Shown here in pieces: positions 43,548 through 52,788 of a stretch of DNA of 64,000 nucleotides. Numbering within the stretch: position 1 is the stretch's first letter; every line of letters begins with the position of its first letter. Origin of the DNA: an uncultured Verrucomicrobiota bacterium (GTDB taxonomy: Bacteria; Verrucomicrobiota; Verrucomicrobiia; Limisphaerales; J093). The notes beneath the pieces were generated by a model. That model had not been told where the DNA came from, ran no database searches, and saw only the letters and a list, made by a program, of their open reading frames with translations. Location: NCBI GenBank assembly GCA_964535555.1, contig CAZHUS010000019.1:18555-82554 (forward strand), read 5' to 3'. The position numbers were made by a program, and so were the translations under genes.

Positions 43548-44677
43548 ACGCGCTGCTTCGCATCGGACACACGGATGTCCTCATCTTCCTCCGCAGCGCC
43601 GTTTCGTACGTGTGGCTCTTTGCCATGCCCATGGTGTTCATCTACTTCATGGGCTTCGCCAACCGCGGTCCGGGCGACCCGGCGAACCCGCGTCCCGCGG
43701 TGCTGGTGGAGAACCGGGACACGGGCTTCATGGGCGGGTTGTTCCTCGAGGAGTTGGGAGCGCAGGGGATGCGGACCTTGCCTCCCGACCAGGCGCAGCA
43801 GGCCGAGCGGGGGATCCGGATTCCCGAGGCGTTCACCGAGCGAGTGCTATCCGGGGACGGCGGCCGGGTGAACTACTTCGAGACCGGGAGCGCTCGAAAC
43901 GGTGAAGGCGCGATGATCGAGTTGCGGCTGGTCCGGGCGGTGATCGCGATGAACTCGCATTTGCTGTCAGCCGCCACGGGTCCGGGGGCCGGGTCCGGGC
44001 TTACCGAGGCCCGGGTGCGGGAGGCCCGCTCCGCCCCGGCGATGGTGCGGCTGGACGCGAAGTTTGCAGGGCGCCGGCCGGTTCCGAGTGGCTATCGGTT
44101 CTCCGTGCCCGGGAACATCGTGATGTACGTGATGATGAACCTGCTCGTGTTCGGTGGGGCGACGGTGGCATCACAACGAAGCCGCGGCGTGCTGAAACGG
44201 TTGGCGGCGCAGCCGGTGACGCGGCTCGCCATCGTGGGGGGCAAGATCTACGGACTGCTGTTGCTGGGTTTGGTGCAGGTGGTGGTCTTTCTCGCGGCTG
44301 GCCGGTGGCTCTTCGGGGTCGAACTGGGGGCGAATTTCCCGGCGGTGCTGGGGGTGTTGCTCCTGTACTCGTGGGTGGCGGCGGCCCTGGGGGTCCTGCT
44401 CGCCTCGGTGGTGAAAGCCGAGGACAAGGTGGTGGGGCTGTGTGTGATGGTCTCCCTGCTGATGGCGGCCCTGGGGGGTTGTTGGTGGCCCCTGGAGATT
44501 GCGCCCCCGGCACTGAAGTTCATCGCGCATCTGTTGCCGAGTGGCTGGGCCATGGACGCGATGCATCAGTTGATCAGCTTCGGCAGCGGCTTGGAGTCGG
44601 TGGTGAAGCCGGCCGGGGTGCTGACGGGATTCGGCGTGGCGGCGACCTTCCTGGCCGCGCGAAGCTTTCGGGTTTGA
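43544..44677 (+). CDS. ABC-2 family permease (second subunit)
   Basis: Same topology as the first permease. ATG 43544 overlaps the previous stop (ATGA). Confidence 0.8.
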   Translation: MNALLRIGHTDVLIFLRSAVSYVWLFAMPMVFIYFMGFANRGPGDPANPRPAVLVENRDTGFMGGLFLEELGAQGMRTLPPDQAQQAERGIRIPEAFTERVLSGDGGRVNYFETGSARNGEGAMIELRLVRAVIAMNSHLLSAATGPGAGSGLTEARVREARSAPAMVRLDAKFAGRRPVPSGYRFSVPGNIVMYVMMNLLVFGGATVASQRSRGVLKRLAAQPVTRLAIVGGKIYGLLLLGLVQVVVFLAAGRWLFGVELGANFPAVLGVLLLYSWVAAALGVLLASVVKAEDKVVGLCVMVSLLMAALGGCWWPLEIAPPALKFIAHLLPSGWAMDAMHQLISFGSGLESVVKPAGVLTGFGVAATFLAARSFRV

Positions 44678-44761
44678 GCGTTGATCGAGGCGACCGGCAG
44701 GTCACCGCCAACCTGGCGCGCCCGCATGTCCGTGCGCGAACCGTGGCCATCCCAGGCCGCC

Positions 44762-45817
44762 TCACTCTGCCCGGCGCATCCGCCAGAGACTGTCGGCGGA
44801 GTAGAGGACCAGCGCCGTCCAGATCAGGGCAAAACCGACCAGGCGGGCCCGGTCAAACGGTTCGTGGTATACAGCGACGCCAATCAGGAGCTGGCACGTG
44901 GGGGCCACGTATTGGAGCAAACCGATTGTCGAAAGCGTAATCCGGCGAGCCGCGGCGGCGAACATCAACAGCGGCAGGGCCGTCACCACCCCGGTGAACA
45001 CCAGCAGCAGATTCGAGCCTGGCGAGACGTGTCCGAGTGCTCCCGCCCCGCGAGCTTCCGCCGATGCGAGGTAAGCGACCGCCGGAAGCCAGAGAATGGC
45101 GGTCTCAAAGGTGAGTCCGTGAAGGGCCCCCAGCGGGGCGGTCTTCTTCAGGAACCCGTACATAGCGAAACTGAAAGCCAGTACCAACGCCACCCAGGGA
45201 AGGGTGCCGTGCTGCCAGGTGAGGTAGCCCACTCCCGAGGCGGCGAGCAGCACGGCAAGCCATTGCGCCCGACGCAAGCGTTCCCGCAGGAACAGCACCC
45301 CGAGCAACACGCTCACGAGCGGATTGATGAAATAGCCCAGGCTCGTCTCGACGATCCGGCCGGCGTTGACCGCCCAGATATAGGTCAGCCAGTTGACCGA
45401 GAGCAGCACCGCCGCCAGGCTGTACACCGCCACGATCCGGAGACTGGCTTGATTCCGGAGCACCTTCCACTCCCGTCGCGCCAGCACCAGGCCGATCAAC
45501 AACACAAACGACCAAACCACGCGGTGCGCCAGAATCTGGGGGGCAGGCACACCCTGGAGGGCCTTCCAGTAAACGGGCAGCACGCCCCATAACAGGTAGG
45601 CACACACGGCCAGGGCCATTCCATGACGCGATCCGGTCACGGTGCGGAGGCTGGGCAGAACCCGGGGCCCGGCAAGCAAATTGAACGAGCGCCCCAGACC
45701 GCATTTCTCACCAGACATGCGGGCCATGGGCAAGACCACCCCGGAAATCAGCACGCGAAGGGAGAAATCCCGGCCCGCCAGGCTCGGGCGTTGACGAAGT
45801 TCGGGCGCGGCGGTCAT
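44762..45817 (-). CDS. rarD: EamA/RarD-family transporter
   Basis: GMALAVCAYLLWGVLPVYWKAL resembles the RarD N-terminus, with about 10 TM. The true start is probably internal (GTG 45640 or ATG 45718). Confidence 0.75.
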   Translation of the reverse strand: MTAAPELRQRPSLAGRDFSLRVLISGVVLPMARMSGEKCGLGRSFNLLAGPRVLPSLRTVTGSRHGMALAVCAYLLWGVLPVYWKALQGVPAPQILAHRVVWSFVLLIGLVLARREWKVLRNQASLRIVAVYSLAAVLLSVNWLTYIWAVNAGRIVETSLGYFINPLVSVLLGVLFLRERLRRAQWLAVLLAASGVGYLTWQHGTLPWVALVLAFSFAMYGFLKKTAPLGALHGLTFETAILWLPAVAYLASAEARGAGALGHVSPGSNLLLVFTGVVTALPLLMFAAAARRITLSTIGLLQYVAPTCQLLIGVAVYHEPFDRARLVGFALIWTALVLYSADSLWRMRRAE

Positions 45818-45923
45818 CTTGGCGGTACGCCCCGTCGGATGTGGTCAGCGTGAGGTCGAGCCTTCCGGCCAGACCCTCGCCGAAGGTCGGATCGACCGCC
45901 CCGCTTCCCGCCGGGCCGTTTCC

Positions 45924-48900
45924 ATGAACACCCTCTCCGATCTGGTCCGCGCCGGGTGGCTGGGCCTGGTGCTTGCCTCGGTCCAGGCTGCCGACCCGAC
46001 CCTGCTCACTTCGTGGAACTTTGAGCGCGCCGGTGACCTGGAAGGCTGGAAACCCAACGCGCATCTGGACGGCGTGACCGTGACGGACGGCGCCCTGCAT
46101 TGCCGCGCCACCGGCAGTGATCCCATTCTCGAACTCGGCGCGCCCCTGGCGGTTCACGCCAGTCCCTGGCAGTTCCTCGAGGTGCGCCTGCGCGCCAGTC
46201 ATGACGGAACGGGCGAGTGGTTTTGGAGTGCCACAACCGAGGGCCGTTTTGGCGGGTTTTCGCAGGACAAGTCGACGCGGTTCCAGATCCGGGGCGGTGA
46301 CTCCTGGCAGGTGGAGCGCGTCTTTCCGTTCTGGCAGGCCGAGGGCAAGATCGTGCGGCTCCGGTTCGACCTGTTTGACGCGGCGACCTTTGCCGTGGAC
46401 GCGATCCGGATCGGCGAACTCGCGGTGCCGCCGACGGCACGGGTGCCCGAGTTCGACTTCATTCATTCGGCGCAGGGTTGGCAGGCGACCGACGGTTGCG
46501 AGACCGGGCAGGGTGAAGCGGGCCTGCGGCTGCGGACCGTGCGAGCAGGCGGTTTCCTGCTGGGCCCGCCGGTGCGTTTCGCCGCCCACGAGCGCACCGT
46601 GCTCTCACTACGCCTGGTCGCGCCGCGGGGAGGCCACGCGGCCCTGCTTTTCGCTACCGCGGAATCGCCCGGGATGCACCGGCATGCCTTCTCCTTGGAA
46701 CCGACTCTCCGTGAAACGCCTGCGGAGCGCGGACTTCAGTCCGCAGGAAGCCTCACCGGCGCAGGGCCGTCCCTGCGGGCTGAAGCCCGCGCTCCTCACC
46801 GGCCTGTGGCCTCGGAGCATGGCCTCGGGGCCAAGGGGACTTCCCAGGAAGCAACCTACAACCTCGACCTGCTGGCGGCGCCTGACTGGAACGGGACTCT
46901 CGTCGCGCTCGGCTTCGAAACCGGTGAACCGGAGGCGGGCAGCATCGAGCTTCGTTCCCTGAAAATCCTCGCGGCTCCGGAGGGGCCACCGCAGGTGCGC
47001 ATCAAATCCTTTGGAGTCGAAGAAGCGATTCCGCGGGTGGGGCGTGCGACTTCGCTGGAGGCGATCGTGGTCAACACAGGCGCAACGGCCGTCTCGAACC
47101 TGACCGCCACGGTCCGGCTCGAACGTGGCGGCTCGGTGATCTCGAACCTGCCGGTGTCGCGGGTCGTCTCGAGGCTCGGGTTTGAAGAGGAGGTGTCGTT
47201 TCGTTGGGAGTTCAGATCGGACGCGGCGGGGGTTCACCGCGCAACCTTGGAGGTCGCCGCGGCGGGGCTTTCAGCCATCACCGCCGCGTCGGACGTCTCG
47301 TTTGCCCCGTCGCTGGGGCTTCCCCAAGCGCAGGGGGTGCCTGATCCGGTCCCGGTGCGCGGGCCGTACGAAGTGGGGGCGTACTACTTTCCGGGCTGGA
47401 AGACCGCAGGGGCGTGGCAGCCGATCCGTGGGTTTCCGGAGCGCCGGCCGGTGTTGGGCTGGTACGAGGAGGGAGCCCCCGAGATTGCGGACTGGCACAT
47501 CAAGTGGGCCGTGGAACACGGGCTGACCTTCTTCGTGTACGACTGGTATTGGTCGCAGGGGATGAGACAGCTCGAGCACGGCCTGCACGACGGCTATTTG
47601 AAGTCGCGCTTTCGACACCTGCTGAAGTTCTGCCTGCTTTGGGCGAACCACAACGCCCCGGGAACTCACTCATTCGATGACTGCCGCGAGGTGACCCGCT
47701 ACTGGATCGCGAACTACTTCCGACTTCCGGAGCACCTCACCGTGGACGGCAAGCCCGTCGTCATCATTTTCAGTCCGCAGCGGCTCACGGAGGACCTCGG
47801 GAGTGACGGGGTGCGTCGCGCATTGGACGCGATGCGGGCGATGTGCCGGGAGGCCGGGCTTGCCGGACTGGAATTGATCGCGTGCGTAGGCGAGGTCGGG
47901 CAGGCGCGGATCGCCGCCCGGGAGGGCTACGACGCCGTGACGGCCTACACCTGGCCGGGCTTGGGAATGACCGGGAGCGGGCCGTTTGCTCCTTACGCCG
48001 ACATTCTGGAAGGTTACCGCAAGCAGTGGGCGCAACTGGTGGAGCTTGGCGAACTCCCATTGCTGACGCCGGTGTGTGGTGGTTGGGACAGCCGGCCGTG
48101 GCATGGGGCCAATAACCTGGTGCGCTACGGAAGGACTCCGGCCTTGTTCCGCCAGCATCTGCAGGACGCGAAGGAGTTTATGGAGAGCAATGACGCCAAA
48201 CGGTTGGGAGCACATTTGGGCTATGAACCTGCCGTTCCAGGTAGGGCGCGCAGTCCTCTGCGCGCCGAACTCGGCAGGCAACGGAGTGCCCGCCCTCCCT
48301 GGTCGACGTTGATGGAGAGCCACCTGTTCCTTGCGGACTTGCTCCGTGACCATGAACCAAAAAGCGCCGCCAAAGCGGACGCACTCCAAACGCTTCGCGC
48401 CGCTCCAAGGCACGTCCGGGGCCGCGAAGCGCTTGGAGTGCGGGGATTCATCCCCGCTTTTCGGGGCAGGTTCATGGGAAGCGGGGTGGCGGCTCGTCAG
48501 GAACCTCGCCCTGCCGATGGCCCGGCCGGCTCTCGGAACGGGTCGGGTGTCCTGCCCCTGGTCCTCATCGAGGCGTGGAACGAATGGGGTGAGGGCTCTT
48601 ACATCGAGCCACACCGCGAGTTCGGCTTCGGCTACCTGGACGCCGTACGCGACGTGTTCGCCGCCCCGGGAGATCACCTGGACGTCACGCCCGCGGACGT
48701 CGGGCTCGAGCTCCGACAGGTTCCCGCCGAAACACCGGGGCGGACGTCGTGGGACTTCAGCGAGAGCGACGAGGGTTGGTCCTGCGGGATGAATCTCATC
48801 GAGTGCCACACGGCGGGAGGAGTGACTTCCGCCCGGACGGCCGGTTCGGATCCGGCCTTCTTCAGTCCGCCGCTCCAAGCCGCTGCCGGCGACTGCAGCG

Positions 48901-49166
48901 CCCTCGAGTTGCGGATGCGGCTAGGCACGGAAGCCGGTCGAGCCTTTGAGGACCGTGCCCAGCTTTTCTGGCGCACTCGTCAACTGCCGGAAAGCGAAGC
49001 AACGAGCGTTCGCGTCCCGGTCCACGCCGACGGAGCGTGGCACGACTACCGGATAGTTCTCGCGGGGAACCCACGCTGGCGTGGCGTCGTGACGCGGCTG
49101 CGGCTGGACCCCTGTTCGCGACCTGGGGTGGAGGTGGCCCTGGACAGCGTGCGGTTGGTGCCGTGA
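45924..49166 (+). CDS. Secreted GH99-like/WbsX-domain protein flanked by repeated CBM-like modules. Carries two in-frame repeat-element insertions, so it may be a pseudogene.
   Basis: Signal peptide MNTLSDLVRAGWLGLVLASVQA. WbsX-like core GAYYFPGWK...FFVYDWYW...LLWANHN...GGWDSRPW...IEAWNEWGEGSYIEP. Insertions are described under findings. Confidence 0.75.
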   Translation: MNTLSDLVRAGWLGLVLASVQAADPTLLTSWNFERAGDLEGWKPNAHLDGVTVTDGALHCRATGSDPILELGAPLAVHASPWQFLEVRLRASHDGTGEWFWSATTEGRFGGFSQDKSTRFQIRGGDSWQVERVFPFWQAEGKIVRLRFDLFDAATFAVDAIRIGELAVPPTARVPEFDFIHSAQGWQATDGCETGQGEAGLRLRTVRAGGFLLGPPVRFAAHERTVLSLRLVAPRGGHAALLFATAESPGMHRHAFSLEPTLRETPAERGLQSAGSLTGAGPSLRAEARAPHRPVASEHGLGAKGTSQEATYNLDLLAAPDWNGTLVALGFETGEPEAGSIELRSLKILAAPEGPPQVRIKSFGVEEAIPRVGRATSLEAIVVNTGATAVSNLTATVRLERGGSVISNLPVSRVVSRLGFEEEVSFRWEFRSDAAGVHRATLEVAAAGLSAITAASDVSFAPSLGLPQAQGVPDPVPVRGPYEVGAYYFPGWKTAGAWQPIRGFPERRPVLGWYEEGAPEIADWHIKWAVEHGLTFFVYDWYWSQGMRQLEHGLHDGYLKSRFRHLLKFCLLWANHNAPGTHSFDDCREVTRYWIANYFRLPEHLTVDGKPVVIIFSPQRLTEDLGSDGVRRALDAMRAMCREAGLAGLELIACVGEVGQARIAAREGYDAVTAYTWPGLGMTGSGPFAPYADILEGYRKQWAQLVELGELPLLTPVCGGWDSRPWHGANNLVRYGRTPALFRQHLQDAKEFMESNDAKRLGAHLGYEPAVPGRARSPLRAELGRQRSARPPWSTLMESHLFLADLLRDHEPKSAAKADALQTLRAAPRHVRGREALGVRGFIPAFRGRFMGSGVAARQEPRPADGPAGSRNGSGVLPLVLIEAWNEWGEGSYIEPHREFGFGYLDAVRDVFAAPGDHLDVTPADVGLELRQVPAETPGRTSWDFSESDEGWSCGMNLIECHTAGGVTSARTAGSDPAFFSPPLQAAAGDCSALELRMRLGTEAGRAFEDRAQLFWRTRQLPESEATSVRVPVHADGAWHDYRIVLAGNPRWRGVVTRLRLDPCSRPGVEVALDSVRLVP
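46724..46795. repeat. Family A double-hairpin repeat, copy inside the CDS
   Basis: The first 29 nt are identical to 7533-7561. Translated in-frame as ERGLQSAGSLTGAGPSLRAEARAP. Confidence 0.75.
48222..48476. mobile_element. 255-bp TIR-bounded composite element (inverted relative to 7657-7908) inside the CDS
   Basis: TIR tatgaacctgcc / ggcaggttcatg. Interior modules match the 7.7-kb copy. Confidence 0.8.
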
Positions 49167-49277
49167 GACGACGACGGGCGGCGTCGATCACACCAATACA
49201 CGAGCGCCGTGGAGCAGGCTCCTCCCCGTCGGTTCGGCCCGGTTGCGTGCCGCGGGCGGCCCGTTCAAGCTGCGTCC

Positions 49278-52200
49278 ATGAAAGCGGCCCAACTGGTGGC
49301 CCACGGGGCGCCCGGACGCGTTGAGATTCGCGATGTTCCAGACCCCACGCCTGGCCCCGGCGAGGTGGTGGTTCGCGTTCGACAGTGCGGCGTGAATCGG
49401 CTCGACCTGTGGCTCGAGGAAGGGGCGCTGCCGATCCCGATCGAACTTCCCCGCACGCCGGGCAGCGAAATCGCCGGCGACGTGCATGCCGTGGGTGAGG
49501 GCGTCCAGGATTTCCGCGAAGGCCAACGCGTGGCAGTGCAGTCGAACCTGTTCTGCGGCACGTGCGAGTTCTGTGCGCGGGGCGAGGAGTCGCTGTGCCT
49601 GAATGCGCAACTGCTCGGGGTGCAGGCTGACGGCGGGTTTGCCGAACTGGCACGGGTTCCGGCCACGGCCCTCGTAAGCCTCCCCGCGGAGGTCTCCTAC
49701 GAAACCTCGGCTGCGTTGACGCTGGCCGGCAGCACGGCGATGCACATGTTGATCGACCGGGCGACGGTGCGGCCAGGCGACTGGGTCTTGGTGATGGGCG
49801 GGGCCAGCGGTGTGGGTTCGGCGGCCATTCAGATCGCGCGCGGCCTCGGAGCCCACGTGATCACCACCGCGTCGAACGCGGCGAAGCGTGCCCTGGCCCT
49901 GGAGCTCGGCGCCGAAGGCGTGGTCGATTCGTCGTTGCCAACGTGGCCCGCCGAGGTGCGCAAATTGTCCGGGCGCCGCGGCGTTGACCTTGTGGTCGAA
50001 CACGTGGGGGGAAGGGTTCTCGAACAGGCCTTTCACTGTCTCGCGCGGGGCGGAACGGTCGTGACCTGCGGCGCCACCGCGGGACGGCAACCGACCTTGG
50101 ACCTCTGGCCGTTCTTCGTGAAGCAGCAACGACTGGTTGGCAGCTACGGCCGGACGCGGCGAGACATGCGCGCGACGCTGGACTGGGCGGCGTCGGGTCG
50201 CTTGAAGCCCGTCGTCGATCGCGTCTTCCCGCTGGCCGAAACCGCCGCGGCACTTGGGGCCCTGAGAAGGCGCGAGGTTCTGGGCAAGGTCCTGGTCGCG
50301 TGCGCGAGCGTTTTGTTGATGGCGCTGCCGCGGGTCCACTCGCAGCCCTGCTTCGAGGACCGGCCCGTGGACCATGATGTCCACGAAGCCCGCCCGCTCC
50401 CTCATTCCCGGGCGAACGATGTCCGCCGCCTGGCCCTCGGATCCGACGGCCGGGTGTGGGCAGCGACCGCGGGAGGCGTGTTCGTGACGACAGACCAACC
50501 GGCTCCGTGGGTGGACTTGGAACCCTCGGCTCTGGACGGTCCGGCTTTCGACATCGCGGCCGATGTTGAAGGCGGCATCTGGGTTGGAAGCTGGAACGGC
50601 TTACACCATCTGATCGACGGCAAGGCCACGCGGGTCGCTGGCGTCGAAGGCCCGATCGCCGCCGTGAGCGCGGCGACCAACCTTGTTCTCGCCGCGGGGC
50701 CGGAGGGTAGCTACCTGGCTCGTGACGGACAATGGGAGCGAATTGAAACAGGCGCGTCGCGGTACCTTCATCGCGTGGCGATCGAGCCTGGCGGAGCTTG
50801 CTGGTTCGCCACCGGCATGGGCTTGTATCGCTGGACACCCGGTGGGGGAGCGTACTTCCGCGTGCCCTTCGACCGGGTCAGCGCGGACGTTCGGGATTGG
50901 GCGGCCGAGGATGACGGCGGGGTGGTCGCGGGCACGTTGGGCGGGTTGGAGCGGTTTCGCAAGGGACGATGGCACCGCTCGGATGAGGCGAGCGACGGTC
51001 TTCCTTCCGCCGACGTGCGCTGCGTGGCGCGTGGTGCTGACGGCCGCCTGTGGGTGGGCACGGCACGCGGTCTGGCGCGGCAGGAGGATTCGGGGTGGGC
51101 GGTTCGCATGGGACGGCGTTGGCTGCTGGACGATGACGTTCGGGATGTTCTCGTTGGCACGAACGGCTCGGCGTGGGTGGCAACGGCGGGCGGCGTGAGC
51201 GTGCTCCGGCGCCACCAGATTTCGCTGGCCGAAAAGGCCCGGCGCTTTCATGACGTGCTCGAGGCCCGCCACGTCCGGCCGCCGGGCCTGGTCGAGAAGT
51301 GCCGCCTGAGCAAGCCGGGCGACGTCTCGAGCTGGACGCCCATGGACGACGACAATGACGGTGGCTACACCGCCGTTTACCTGGCCATGGAATCGTACCG
51401 TTACGCCGTCACGGGTGATCCCAAGGCGTTGGCCGGCGCCCGGCGCGCCCTCGCTTCGCTGGAACTCCTGCAACGCGTCACCGGCACTCCGGGATTCGTG
51501 GCGCGCAGCGTGGTGCCTTCGGACTGGACCCAGATGCATGATCCGAACGTCGCGTGGAGTGAGGCTGAATGGGCCGCGGCCCGGATCGGCGATCCGCGCG
51601 CCAAGCGGGTGCCGGAGCGCTGGCGGCGTTCATCCGATGGCCACTGGCTCTGGAAGGGCGACACCAGCAGCGACGAGATCACGGCGCACTTCTTCGGCTA
51701 TTACGTCTTTCATGAACTCGCGGCGGACGCCAGCGACCGCGCGCGTATCCGGGACCAGGTCTGCCGGATCACCGACCACCTTGTCGACCATGGGTTCACG
51801 CTGACCGATCTCGATGGCCAGCCCACGCGCTGGGGCGTGTGGGCGCCGGAGCGACTGAACGAGGATCCCGACTGGGCGATGGAACGGGGCATCAACTCGG
51901 TCGAGATGCTCTCGTTTCTGAAGCTCGCCTCCCACGTCAGCGGCCGCGCCGAGTACGACGCCCGCTACCGTGACCTCATCGAGCGGCACCACTACGACCG
52001 CAACGTGGAGGAGGCGCCGAACCTCAACCCGGCATGGCGGACGCATATCGACGCGGAACTGCTGGCGTTCGCGTATCCTGCGTTGCTGGCGCTGGAGACT
52101 GATCCTCGACTTCGCAAGCTGTACCGCGCGAGCTTCGAGCGCTGGCACGAGGCGGTCCGCGCCGATCGCACCGCCTTTTTCGAACTCCTCTACGCGGCTC

Positions 52201-52505
52201 ATGCCCAACCTCGTCGGGAGGACCTCGGGAACGCCGTGACCACGCTGCGCGACACGCCCCTCGACCTCGTGCGCTGGACGGTCGACAATGCCGCGCGCGA
52301 GGACGTCCGGCTGCGACGGTTCCCGCAGGTCGAGGCGTGGCAGACGGACCGGGTGCTGCCCGCGGCGGAGCTTGGTTACTCGCGAACGGACCAGAATCCC
52401 TGGCTGGCACGCCAGGGGGACGACGGGAACAGCGAGAGCGATGGCGTCTTCTGGCTGCTGCCTTACTGGATGGCGCGCCACGCGGGCATCCTCCGCGGAC
52501 CGTAG
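49278..52505 (+). CDS. In-frame fusion of a zinc-type MDR alcohol dehydrogenase/quinone-reductase-like domain (about 340 aa) with a Reg_prop-like beta-propeller and an alpha-helical (toroid-like) domain
   Basis: The ADH part contains PGSEIAGDV, GGASGVGSAAIQ and GKVLV. Then ACASVLLMALPRVHS, propeller repeats (RVWAATAGGVFV, RLWVGTARGL, SAWVATAGGV) and a long helical C-domain. Confidence 0.7.
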   Translation: MKAAQLVAHGAPGRVEIRDVPDPTPGPGEVVVRVRQCGVNRLDLWLEEGALPIPIELPRTPGSEIAGDVHAVGEGVQDFREGQRVAVQSNLFCGTCEFCARGEESLCLNAQLLGVQADGGFAELARVPATALVSLPAEVSYETSAALTLAGSTAMHMLIDRATVRPGDWVLVMGGASGVGSAAIQIARGLGAHVITTASNAAKRALALELGAEGVVDSSLPTWPAEVRKLSGRRGVDLVVEHVGGRVLEQAFHCLARGGTVVTCGATAGRQPTLDLWPFFVKQQRLVGSYGRTRRDMRATLDWAASGRLKPVVDRVFPLAETAAALGALRRREVLGKVLVACASVLLMALPRVHSQPCFEDRPVDHDVHEARPLPHSRANDVRRLALGSDGRVWAATAGGVFVTTDQPAPWVDLEPSALDGPAFDIAADVEGGIWVGSWNGLHHLIDGKATRVAGVEGPIAAVSAATNLVLAAGPEGSYLARDGQWERIETGASRYLHRVAIEPGGACWFATGMGLYRWTPGGGAYFRVPFDRVSADVRDWAAEDDGGVVAGTLGGLERFRKGRWHRSDEASDGLPSADVRCVARGADGRLWVGTARGLARQEDSGWAVRMGRRWLLDDDVRDVLVGTNGSAWVATAGGVSVLRRHQISLAEKARRFHDVLEARHVRPPGLVEKCRLSKPGDVSSWTPMDDDNDGGYTAVYLAMESYRYAVTGDPKALAGARRALASLELLQRVTGTPGFVARSVVPSDWTQMHDPNVAWSEAEWAAARIGDPRAKRVPERWRRSSDGHWLWKGDTSSDEITAHFFGYYVFHELAADASDRARIRDQVCRITDHLVDHGFTLTDLDGQPTRWGVWAPERLNEDPDWAMERGINSVEMLSFLKLASHVSGRAEYDARYRDLIERHHYDRNVEEAPNLNPAWRTHIDAELLAFAYPALLALETDPRLRKLYRASFERWHEAVRADRTAFFELLYAAHAQPRREDLGNAVTTLRDTPLDLVRWTVDNAAREDVRLRRFPQVEAWQTDRVLPAAELGYSRTDQNPWLARQGDDGNSESDGVFWLLPYWMARHAGILRGP

Positions 52506-52560
52506 GCGTGGTTGATCTCCATCAATGCAGCGGCCGTACCGCGCAGGCATTCTTGTTCTC

Positions 52561-52788
52561 ATGAACGAGCCCGTTGTGGTCACGGTCGATGCCCGCGGAT
52601 TGGAACCGCCCCAACCGATGGTGCGGATCCTCGAAGCCCTGGGCACGCTGGGTGACAGCGCCACAATGCGGGCGCACACCGATCGTCGCCCCATGCACCT
52701 CTATTCCCTGCTCGAAGAACGCGGTTACACCGCGCAAACCCAGCCCGCTGGCGATGGAAGCTTTGTCACCGACATTCGCCGCGCCTGA
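52561..52788 (+). CDS. DUF2249 (TusA-fold-like) small protein
   Basis: VDARGLEPPQPMVRILEAL...DRRPMHLYSLLEERGY is the DUF2249 pattern. Confidence 0.75.
   Translation: MNEPVVVTVDARGLEPPQPMVRILEALGTLGDSATMRAHTDRRPMHLYSLLEERGYTAQTQPAGDGSFVTDIRRA

Noticed and set aside
52574-52753. First 60 codons of the 579-aa track ORF overlapping DUF2249 in another frame.
   Set aside because: The DUF2249 frame carries the recognisable family pattern. The membrane-protein hydrophobic segments start only after ATG 52754.
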